Assembly (NCBI GenBank): GCA_012026655.1
Contig: JAAILG010000184.1
Span: 1-64,000 of the forward strand
Length of the DNA stretch: 64,000 nt
Source: Hydrolagus affinis
Lineage: Eukaryota
Direction of reading: 5' to 3'
Within the stretch, counting starts at the first letter, position 1. Every line of letters starts with the position of its first letter. The notes under the pieces were generated by a model. It did not search any database, was not told where the DNA came from, and saw only the letters and a program-made list of their open reading frames with translations. The position numbers and the translations under genes are program-made. Positions 24,726 through 35,400 of this stretch are shown here, one piece after another.

Positions 24726-24934
24726 AAATGTAGACTCAACTTTGGCAGTGCACACATTAACCTTAAGTTATGGGTCTTTAAAGCTAAATGCTTAAGATTC
24801 CAAAACATTCATCCCTAATAAGTTATTTCTACTAACAAATCGGAGTCCAGACGAAACATAAGCCCTTAACTGTGCATATCCAGCTGGCTAGCTATGCAGT
24901 TAGCATTTTCTTTCTTCCCCAAACCAGGGTTCTC

Positions 24935-25460
24935 CGTAGGATCTGGACAAATAAAGTAGATAGCAGATGGAATTTAATGTGGATAAATGTTGAATACTAA
25001 GCATCAGTACGTGAAACATGTGTACTCATAGCTGGGTGCCTGTTGGCAAAGGTTAAAACAAAGAAAAACAGTCAGTTGCGATACTTAAAGTATCTAATCA
25101 GTGTGAGAATCATCCTGAGGGAATTTGATTATAAGTCGAATCAGGTCAACTTCATCCTGTGTAACTCATTTGTATGCTGTATCATGAATCCTAGGTGCAA
25201 TTTTGAGAACTTTATCTTGAAAAGAGCACTGATGTATTGGAGAGGATTCACTGGGCTGAAAGGATGATTTTGAGCCTTAAGGTTGTGAGGAAAGACTGAT
25301 AGAATTGAAATTATTATTACTGGAAAATAAAGATTAAGGGGGTTATTAGGCATTGCTTCAAAAACATGGATAATGGGAATATAGTATAAGTAAATTTGAC
25401 CCTATCCTGTAATTGAAAATGTGGCTAGACTAGCAACTGGAAGATGTGCACGGATCCTCT
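24935..25460 (+). mobile_element. CR1 ORF2 degenerate fragment
   Basis: DLDK...QMEFNVDKC motif, then 'aggagattc/actgggctgaaagga' and downstream CR1-like sequence. Confidence 0.7.
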
Positions 25461-25629
25461 ACAGGCTACTCATCAGGAATCTCTCAATGATAACTTACTT
25501 CTGAATTATTTTGGAAAAAGTAAGCACTCTGAAGTATTGTACAAAATTTTTATCAGATTATCTGATTTGTATAAATATTTTTTATTAATTGTAATAATCT
25601 TATTATGATCATTCAATCCATGACCGTTA

Positions 25630-25727
25630 GTGAGGCACTGCTGTATGCAATTGGCTGCCACATTTCGACAATGAGAAGTCTCAATGAGGTGATAAGGCGC
25701 CATATTAAGGTGAAGGATTATTATTAA
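25630..25727 (+). mobile_element. DeuSINE 3' fragment
   Basis: 'cactgctgtatgcaattggctgcc..aaggcgccatatt..aggattattatt'. Confidence 0.65.
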
Positions 25728-26167
25728 TTCAGACCAGTTTTCTCACCTTCTCGTGTTGTGTTTCTGAAAGTGAAGACCCAAAACTACATTTGTTTTGCAA
25801 CTTAGTTTGTGTTATCGATGAAACATTTCCCTAAACTTAAGACATCATTAATTTTTCTTCTACCTTGACTAAGATGTTCTTGAATTGTTTAATTTATGTC
25901 TGCTCCAAAGTGTCAGACTGACTTAGCTGGTAGCAATCTCGCTTCTGAATCGGAGGACTTTAAGTTTGTAGGTTAGACTGGCAATGCATTGCTGGGGTAG
26001 TACTAAATTGTTGGAGGAGTAATTATTTGGTTTATCCAAAGCAAAACCTCCTGGATAAATAAAACAGACCTCTCTATGGGCATAAGGTGCAGCAGATAGT
26101 TGTGACAACATACGGGTTGTTCTGATTTTACAGTATGTTCTGGTTTTACAGTATTCCTTTCTAATTC

Positions 26168-26282
26168 TTTTTGCCAACAAATATACAGTCAATTCACTTT
26201 ACAGTATATTCTGTGAAGCACTTTGAGATGTCTAGAAGATGTGAAAAGCACTATATCAAATGCAAGGATTATTATCATTAAT
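26168..26282 (+). mobile_element. SINE2-1_CM-like 3' fragment
   Basis: 'tacagtcaattcactttacagtatattctgtgaagcactttgagatgtctagaagatgtgaaaagcactatatcaaatgcaaggattattat'. Confidence 0.9.
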
Positions 26283-28221
26283 ATTTTTGCCTTGTAATTA
26301 CTCGCAATAAAATCCATAAAAAGGAGTTAGTCTGTTCAGATTCCTGTAATTATCAGATCTGGTTTATTTTGCTTCTACAAACCATTTAATTCTGTGAGTA
26401 AATTAATGTCATTTTCTAAATACAAAATATTAACTTCTAAATTTAATGGGTACATTATGCTTGGAACATGGCAGGAACATTAAACCACTATGTTTTGTAT
26501 ATATACAAACACTTTTTTTTCTGGGTAAAGAACTTTTATTTTGCATCAATATCTTACATCCTGTGTTTGACACTTTATGGTGGTAAAATCCAGCTCTTTG
26601 GTCTCTGGAGATATCAACAAAATCCCCTCGATTTTACAGACAGATGCTCTCTCGGCGTGTCGGATAGAAGCAACAAACCTGCCAATGATTTACTATTGTT
26701 TTCACACTGCAAAAAACTCTACTGACAAACTAAGCCGCTGAACAAATATGACAAGTCCTTGACATTTTGTTTCAGCCTTTCTGGGAAACAAAGTGAACAA
26801 TATTGTAAAGAAGATGCATGATTATTTTTTCTCATCACATCAACCCTTTCGAAACACCTTTTTGGCAGCAAGCAGTAATTACTCCGACTTCGGCCTGTGC
26901 CCTTCTTTCCCCCTATATTAGCTGTGCTCTTTTAGCTGTCAAAGGGGGAGATGTTTTCTCCATCTGGTACAATCATTTCCCTTTATCCCTCACCAACCGG
27001 TGATAAGTAATGAGACATTAAACAAAACACCTACTGGGCGAGAATATTTTCAGCTGTTTCCCACTTTGTCACCAAATAGGTCTGAATGAAATGCCATTGT
27101 CTGCTTTGTTACCCCCGACGTACTGAAGTGCTCTTAAATGCCACAGAATGCCTTAAGTGCAGAATTGTTGTGAGTTTGTATTATGCAGCTTTTCTCATTA
27201 ATTATGGCTTAAATTGCTAACATTGAGAAATCAAACCACTGAATTAAGTAATTAATAATGTAACATAAAATAATTTCTAAAAGTAATGAAGCAATTCAAA
27301 TAATTTGCAATGTGCTTTCGCTTCTAATTTGAATACTTCTTATTTCTATGTTGCAGCTACTTTAAACCATTGAACAAGGCAATAAACAGGTGGATATCGG
27401 GAAACAAAACAGGGCTCTATATTCACAGAAGGATGGGAGTGGAGGGTGTGGAATGTAGTTTGTTAAAGGAGAAAGACAGACAGAGGTGAATATTCTGCAG
27501 CTTTGACTTGGCATCTTTGTGGATCGGGGAGTTTCTTTGCAGGAACTTTGCAGGTTGGGCTGATTCCACAATGGAGTAGATTTTACCTACTTTGTGGTTA
27601 GACTCAGGATGGCCTGAACACCCGTTTGTATTCCACGCTCTCTTACACCCTTCATACTATATGAATTCATGCATAAAATGCAGAAATTATTAACATGCTT
27701 TACATTTCTCTCCCGTCTGACTTCAAGCTAATTTTTCATTCTACTATAGATGGATTGTAAAGCTCCAGACTTTACATTGCAGTTTCATAGGACTTCGATT
27801 TAAAGGGGGATAACAAAAAAATCTAATTGCTTTGAAGCCGTGTAAACAGTTTCATAATAGTGTACCTTGAGATTTTGCCAGGCTGGTAATTAAAAATGTT
27901 GATAGAAGTTTTTTTTCTGAAAAAGAGTATTTCTGGTTTCCCAGGTATTCATTTACAAGAACAGCTGTATATATCCTTGCCAGTGACGTGATTTGCCTGA
28001 CAGCAAAACATGGGTTTTCAAGAACATGTACCAAACTGCATCAGTGGCCATATCCTCTGAAGAAATGTCAACAACAGCCATTACAATTACCGAGGGAGGT
28101 CGGAAAAATAAATGTCCCTAGTCCCTTTTAGGTAAGGGTAGCAATGGATTTTCAAAATATACCCCCTGCTCTACCAGCCTAGCAGAAGTGGGGAGCAGTT
28201 CTTACCTATAGTAGTATAATA

Positions 28222-28525
28222 CAATAGAAGCCTGTTTATCCGTGACTCGATGAACCGGCACTTCCGAAAAAAAAGGCCCCATTCGATAAATCGGAACTTA
28301 TCCGGAACAATAGCGGTGGAGCATTTGGAAATGCATAAATAATAACAGAATATTGTATTGGTACTGTATTTATTGTTAAAACTACTCTCTTGCGCTTCTC
28401 ACCTTTGCTGGTAGATGCTGTGCTTGAAGCCATGATGCTGCAGTTGAGGCTTATAGTCCAGCGATTCTTTTTAAAATGGAGCACGCCAAGCCGGTGAAAA
28501 AAACGGAGCGCGACTTTAAAGCCAT
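28222..28525 (-). mobile_element. Internally deleted Tigger/pogo element retaining the transposase N-terminus
   Basis: TA followed by TIR-like CAATAGAAGCCTGTTTATCCG. The minus frame reads MASSTASTSKGEKRKRVVLTI, the HTH-psq start typical of Tigger/TIGD/JRK proteins. Confidence 0.75.
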
Positions 28526-28529
28526 TATG

Positions 28530-29265
28530 TGCATTATCACATCATTGTGAGGTCTCAAAGTGCTTCACAGAATACAGTAAAACCTTCGTTATCCGGCACC
28601 CTCGGGACCTGACCATTGCCAGTTAATTAAATATGCCGGATAATCAAGCAGCAAGTTGCCAAAAATCCTACACAATAAATTAACTTATTTTAAAACATAC
28701 CATATTAATAATAACTAAATAATAAAAGAATATTGTATGGTTACTTACCAATAAAGCATTCCAGCACACTTGGTAAAATGATCAGTAAAAAAAAGCATTC
28801 CAGTGTTCGGTAAGTTTAATAAGTGCGCATGCACAAAGTGAGCATACCGCGAGTATCCCAGATCTCCCAATAACTAAATAATAAAAGATGGTTGAGTATG
28901 CCGGTTGGTCGGGTACCAGATAAACAAGGTTTTACTGTACACTGTAAAGTGAATTGACTGTAGACAAAACACAGCAGCTAATTGCGCACGGCAGTGTCCC
29001 CCAAACATTTGCAGATTGAGACACCAGATTCTTATTAATAATAATAAATAGTCATGGATTGGGTAATCAAACTATTATTGTTTTTTATAAGGCTGATTAT
29101 CTCTGGGAAAGTGATCCGCCAATCGACTAATAACTGGGTTCCTACTTACTCTAGGTAAACAGAAGCATGTAGAGTAAGGAAACTTGCCCAACATTTTGTC
29201 CTGCCGGTTACAGAGCCCAGGTCTCATGCTTGCGAGGTGAGTGCTCTAACCACTGAGCTACAGTA
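28530..29265 (-). mobile_element. tRNA-derived DeuSINE interrupted by a Tigger MITE
   Basis: Tail portion 'tctcaaagtgcttcacagaata' resumes as 'tacactgtaaagtgaattgactgta' after the MITE. tRNA head 'gagtgctctaaccactgagctacag' at ~29240-29262. Confidence 0.85.
28575..28937. mobile_element. Tigger-like (Tc1/mariner-pogo) MITE, 363 bp
   Basis: TIRs CAGTAAAACCTTCGTTATCCGGCACCC / GGGTACCAGATAAACAAGGTTTTACTG with TA TSD at 28573-74 and 28938-39. Confidence 0.9.
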
Positions 29266-29785
29266 CTTGGGTACAGGATGCTGTTGGAAATTGAATGGAA
29301 TCAAGATGCTATGAGCATCGTGCAAATGACTGGGTGCTGCATTTCGATAGGTAGGCTGTACGCCTGTGTCTCAAATGGAGCAGCTGTGGTCTGCTAATGA
29401 TTTCACTTTGTTTGTGTGGTTCAGGACTAGTGGATTCTTTGCAGCTGTGGAAAACAACTGCCAAGAAAATGTGCAGAAATGTAATTTAGAAAGTATGCTG
29501 TTCGATTTCTGGAGGGAATTGAAAGTGGAACCTCCACAATCTTGGTCCCTGAATGATCGCTGGACATTTACTCGCTGTGTCATAATTCTGTTGTGCAAAA
29601 AAAAAGTGTGTTTCTCATCCGTCCAAACGGATTTGAAATCAAGGATTTTCATGTTCTTGCCAAATGAACCACCATTTCACTGTGGGTGTTGGAGCTATGG
29701 GAGATCTTATGTCACAGAGATTTTTCAATCATAACCCAGGTTATTGCTTTTACTAACACGAGATATCACTTGTTTGTTATGCTTA

Positions 29786-29803
29786 CTAGTGCCCCCTACT
29801 GTA
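29786..29803 (-). promoter_or_regulatory. Candidate CTCF site
   Basis: Minus strand TACAGTAGGGGGCACTAG closely matches the CTCF core CCASYAGRKGGCRS. Confidence 0.45.
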
Positions 29804-29861
29804 TGTATACATGTAATGCTTCACGATTCCTTTTGCCACCCTCACACACCCGAATTTACTT

Positions 29862-30225
29862 ATGATTATTCTTGTGTTTGATATAGCGCCTTATCATCTC
29901 ATTGAAGAATTTCAAAGCACTTTGCAGTATTTACAGTAAAGACTAGTAACTGTATTTATAGGTGAATGCGACAATCAAGGCCCCACAAACAGCCATGAAG
30001 TGAATAGCAATTTTATCTGGGTGATTGTTGGACAGGACATTAGAGAGGAAGTCTTCTCTTTTCAAACAGTGCTAGTGGATCTTTAATGTCTATCTGACGA
30101 GGCAGACGGGACCTCAGTTTAAAGCTTCCCCTGAAGAATCCACTGGTGATAATGTCCTGATATGAGACTTAAATTTACAACAGTCTGACTCCAAGGCAAA
30201 AGTACTACAACAGAGCCTCGTTGGT
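29862..30225 (-). mobile_element. Old AmnSINE1/SacSINE1-like DeuSINE
   Basis: Tail 'gatatagcgcctt', 'cccacaaacagc', 'ggatctttaatgtc', 'ggcagacgggacctcagtttaa', 'tctgactc'. Confidence 0.75.
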
Positions 30226-30399
30226 GTCCTTAAACATATAAAATGCACACAGATAATTATTTGTTGGATGATTAGAATTCTAATCCTTATTAATCCTGTT
30301 TAATGGAACTTTCATTTGAACATTATTCCTTAATTTATTTTAACCCACTCATACAAAAATGTTCCAACACTTTGATGCTCTGATAAGAAATTAGTGGGA

Positions 30400-30650
30400 A
30401 TGGGAGAAGGCCTTTTGGCTCACCAAACATGTTCTTCCAGTACTTTTAATTCTTCCACGATAGCATCCGTTTCTATGTTGAGATAGCCTGATATTTTTGT
30501 CTCTTGGCTTCGGGTTTATGATATCTGTTCCAAATTTCCTCACATTAATTTCAACCATAACCTTTGGCTATACTTGCTTAGTGTACTTTAAAGTTGAGTT
30601 TCACATTTTGAAAGTTGAAAATATTGTGAGAAAGATATTTATGAAATGGC
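30400..30650 (-). mobile_element. CR1 3' end, degenerate
   Basis: 'gaaggccttttggctcacc' is the reverse complement of the CR1 3' UTR motif seen at ~1940 and ~21200. Confidence 0.45.
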
Positions 30651-30937
30651 TCTAAATTTCTGGACAATATGCAGTGGAACTCCATTAAATGGCTCTTTTG
30701 TAACATGGGTTTGCTTATTGTGGCATCAAGGTGTTTTGCTTCCATGTATTCACCCCAAAATCACATTTTCAATCTCACGTCAGCTATTATACATAGCAAA
30801 ACCAATTTTCTAACATCAACACATGAATTGCAGGTGCAAATTGTCTATATATCATAGCAGATGTGTCCAGCAGTTTCTGGCCTCCAAGCTGAGAAATGGA
30901 CTGGATTATGATTGTAAGTGAAAGCTGATTGTGTGTT

Positions 30938-31010
30938 TGTCATTCCTGTGAGAGTTACTGCTGGTAGATCATTGTCATTCCTGCAGAATTTATTGCTGGG
31001 AGATTGTTGC
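30938..31010. repeat. Degenerate ~35-bp tandem duplication
   Basis: 'gtcattcctg..ttactgctggtagat' followed by 'gtcattcctg..ttattgctgggagat'. Confidence 0.7.
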
Positions 31011-32772
31011 TGTTGTACGGTTCAATCTCTCAGGCCTCAGGAATTTCTTCAAACTTCGGAGTAGTTTAACCCTATCCCATTGAGAGTCCTAAAAGAAAGA
31101 GAGACAGCATTGAAAAACTGAATGGGAAGAGGCAAATCTTTGAAGAAACCACCGGAATAGAATATGTATATTGGTGGTTAAAAGTGGTACAGTCAGACCC
31201 GCTTATGTATCTATATATAGCGATGTACTGGAAGTACAACACAATCTGACTTCTGTCATAGCACACAGGCACAGAAGACTCACAAGTACAGGAAACGCTT
31301 GTGAGAGTTCCTGCCAGCCTTTTTCACACTGCATGCATGTGTGGGTCAGTAAGTTCAACCCAAAAGTGCTGACACAACACACTTAAGAGTTGTGTCCTTC
31401 CCATTACTGTATATCAAAGGGTGTGATTTTTATGGACCCAAACCAACATCCTATAACATTGGTCTTAGTGTACCTTTTTTCTGCTAATATTTGAATGGGA
31501 TATTAGCAGAATTAGTGAAATGTTTGACTTTGATCAGAGTCCAAGGGTGGAACAGGAAGGAAATTAAAGGAAGAATGTTTTTCAGACTAAGCAAAAAAAC
31601 AAAGGTACCGGTAATAAAGAAATGGAATCCGATGCTTAAGGAGGAAATGAAAGGACAGATGCTGTATTCTTAGGAAGATATCAAATGTTGAAAAGTGGGA
31701 ACTCTGCCATTGGTCTAAACTATCCAGTACAGTTTTATTTGCAACAAAATATTTCTGAATTTGGCATTGTCAATATGCACTCTTAATCTTGAAGTCCTCA
31801 GATGTATCACTATACATACACACACCCGACGATGGAATCCTTCCAAAGTGTCCTCTTTCATATCAGCATTTTTCCTCTTGTACCAACAGTTTCTACCAGA
31901 ACTTAGTTCATCTTTGTTTCAAATGCCATTACAGTTCAAATAAAAAGCAGCGTGAATTGTGTGGCTGCTGTTTTCTACTGCTCTGCAGTTTGCACCCCAG
32001 TCAACACACCTCCACATGAACTTCACCAGTTGTTATGGCTTCACATCAAAGGACACGGACTCTTTCACTTTCTGCAACCTTCAAGGACTGACTTGCATTA
32101 TCTTCATCTTTTGAAAAATGTATATAATCAAACTCCTAACATTGAAAAACTTTTCATTGTTCAATCACTTGTTTTATTGCTGCTTTGCAGCAATTTGCTT
32201 CACTATGCAGCAATCTGCCATGAAATGAGCGGGATCAACTGAATCTCACTGGATGCTGTCTGTAGAGACTACCTTGAGGGGATAGTTTCAGAAATCCATT
32301 GATTTTTGCGGTGTAAATTGATTTGAACTCCACTCAGAAATAGTCCTTTTTTAAATTCTTACGGTGGAATTGAATCATGTCAGACCCAGAATTTAAAGAA
32401 AACATCTGTAACTTTGTTAAAGTTGTAAAGTTGTAAAGTTGTCACATTTGTTAAAGGTGCCAATCTGGCACAATTGCTTGTGTTCTCACCTCTGATTCAG
32501 AAGGATGCAGACTCCACATCAGGACTTTGAGTTCACAGCCCAGGCTGCTGCTGACTTTCCCCCTGGGAATGGGTGGAGGGGAAGAGACATGGAGGAGGTA
32601 AATGGGTCCTCTTGGAGATTATTTGGCTCCAAGGTGAAATGCTTGGCACAGAATGGAAGAATAAATTGAATCCTCTATCTGTCAGATACCTGGCTGACTC
32701 CCCTAAACTATACATTAAAGTAATGGATTAGTTCTCCCTGAATCATGCACTTTCACTTGGGGCATGAGACTT

Positions 32773-32905
32773 ACAACAACAACAAAATTTCATTTGTATA
32801 GCACCTTTCACGTCGGGAGGCCGTCCCAAAGCTCTGGAGAATCAGTTTTTCAGACCGAAGCTGGGGGTAGGGATTGGGAAGGGTGGAGATCAGTGGGGAA
32901 GGAGC
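32773..32905 (-). mobile_element. LINE2 3' fragment
   Basis: (aac)n + 'tttcatttgtatagcacctttcacgtcgggaggccgtcccaaagc'. Confidence 0.8.
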
Positions 32906-33039
32906 TCCATTGTACAGTAAAATCCAGAGATTATCCTTGGATACCTGGAAACATTCATGACACCACTGAAAGATGCAAAATCTGCACTTAAAAAAAGGTG
33001 CAGAGGCTCACCTTAACAACTAAATTTGAGTCATTTGAC

Positions 33040-34500
33040 TAAATTTGACTTCAGAGGAAAACACTGAAGAGGATTATAGGGGAAGCAATTAATGACTATT
33101 TATGAAGAACACAGGTTATCATATACAGCTACTTTGACCTTAAGAGTAAGAGATCACAGATCACAAAGTTTCTAGACTTCTTTGAGGATATGTCTAAATT
33201 AGTGGCAACCAGCAAATAGCTCAGATCCCAAATGGTTTCTGATAATGTGCCACACTAAAAAACTTTTGTTAAAGTTAAAAGGTCATGGAACAAATGGGAA
33301 GTACCTAATTGGATTGGAAATTGGCTAAACAAAAGAGATGATGGTGACAGATGGCTGTAAACTCACACTGGGAATAGTGGATTTGTACAAGAATCTGCTC
33401 TTGGTCCTGTGCTCAGCATTATCAGCATTAATGATCTAGAAAGAATTTCAGTTCGCAGACAGCACTCAGGTTGGTAACCCATCTGGTCGAGACTCACATG
33501 ATTTTAAATAATTTGGTGAGGGTCAGAACATGACTAACAGTGGTCAAATTTTTAAAAAAACTTTATCTCTTAATCCAGACGCTGAGTGGCATTGTATCCG
33601 AATGGAGTTCAAGTGAGCCACTCTGACCTACTTCCAGCTACTGGAAGAAACACTGTTTGAGATTCAGACTTGTTAAGATTAAACTGTTAACTATGAACTA
33701 CTGTATTAAAAATGGTTCAGTTTCAGACCCTTTTGTTGGCGACTACAAAACATGTGTTTAGATGGGGAAAAAAAGATTGCACTACAAACAGCTCTATCTT
33801 GTGCAGTGTTGACTTGGGAAAAAATATTTAGAAGTGGTTATTGACTAGTTTTTGAACATCTCCTGAATGATCAATAAAGGAAACAGCAGAAACCTTGGGG
33901 GGAAAAAAGCTATTCAATCAATGCACAGCACTTACAGTAGCTTTTCTAATGCATTGCTCAGATTTAGAATGTTAAAATGTGTTTCTGGTCACCTTATTCC
34001 AAGAAAGAAGCATTTAGACTGGGAACCATGATGGTTGTTGAACTTCAAAATAATTGCTTAACAAAGTAGTCTAAGGTTATACACAACTTCGGAAGAGATG
34101 GAGGAATTATATGATTCAAGTTGCAAGGCAAAGCAAGGGAACTAATAATCCCACTGCTGGCAGATTCTTTACATTCATTTCTGAAAACAAAACTTAAAGG
34201 CAGGATTTCAAATTTAAAAATCGAAAGCTGAGATACTGATGTTTAAGAAAGCGATTGTTGATTCTTGGAATAGTAGACATGAGGAACAGAACAGAATACA
34301 TGCATTTCCATTAGCAGTGTTTTTGTTGCTTTGTTTAGGGAATATATTTAAAGATTTCTGGATTACAAAGCTATAAATGGATTGTCGTGGGTGCAGATGA
34401 CAGTGTGGCTATAACCTCTACCTTCTAGAAGCTCATCTAGACTCAAGCCATTGGACATATTGATGAAACAATTCGTTGGATTGAATGAGTTTATTTACTG
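33040..34500 (+). mobile_element. Old CR1 LINE, degenerate RT domain through 3' end
   Basis: Broken frames give FLDFFE, DNVPH, HG..G...WIGNWL, SALGPVL, INDL and FAD(S)T, in CR1 RT motif order, with many stops and frameshifts. Confidence 0.8.
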
Positions 34501-35079
34501 TTTATGCAGACTGATAAGAGAACCATATAAATTTATAGTACAGTAGATATCCATTCATCCCATTATATCAGTGATGTATGGAGTGGTTTGTCTTGCAACC
34601 TTGGTATTGTACCTTGTATTACTTATGCATTATGGATAGATATAGCATTGCTATGGCCACCTTATCCCATCATTAATACATTCAGAATAAATGCTTGAAT
34701 TAACAAAAATGTTTATTTCAACATTTCAGAGCATGTAAATGAAATATTCAAACTGAACCTTACAGATTTTCAAAGAACTCAAAACATCTTACTTAGGCAA
34801 GCAAAAATCAAATGCACAATTTTCAATGAACATAAAGCTAGTGGAATCAAATAATTTTTATTCTGAAATAGGTTGTGTATATGTATATTGTCACTCCATG
34901 AATAACATGGTGAATCTTTCAGAAGTAACTCCAATTAAAGTCGAATGGGTCATGTAGAAGTCTATCACGTTCACCCATGTGATCAAAATATTTTAAATAC
35001 TAAATGCACAATGGAAAAACATAGCAATATTGAGTAATGAACTGTTTAGTTACATGAACAGTTTAAATTGGTTATCTTT

Positions 35080-35200
35080 TAATAAATAATAATAATCGTT
35101 GTATTTGAATATAGGGCCTTAGCATGTCTTCGAGTCGTCTCAAAGCGCTTCACAGAATATACTGTAAATTTAATTGACTGTATATTTTGTGGGTTAAATA
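35080..35200 (-). mobile_element. SINE2-1_CM-like 3' fragment
   Basis: (aat)n + 'gtctcaaagcgcttcacagaatatactgtaaa..gactgtatattttgtggg'. Confidence 0.85.
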
Positions 35201-35254
35201 TAAAGGGTTTTTGAAAGGTCAGCCAGGTATTTAATACATTGACACATCCGCGTA

Positions 35255-35400
35255 CTGAGCAGTTCTGACAAAGGGTCGTAGACCCGAAACGTTGACTCAC
35301 TTTCCTTTCTCCATAGATGCTGCCTGACCTGCTGAGTGTTCCCAGCCACTTCTGTTTTTGTTTCAGATTTCAAACATCTGCAGCATTTTGCGTTTTGTTG
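35255..35400 (+). mobile_element. Penelope-like element pLTR fragment carrying a minimal hammerhead-like core
   Basis: AGTT-CTGACAA-A-GGGTC-GTA-GACCC-GAAAC-GTT-GACT, then 'ctccatagatgctgcctgacctgctgagt..ccagc..tctgtttttgtttcagattt..catctgcag'. Homologous to both arms at 56728-57009. Confidence 0.75.
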
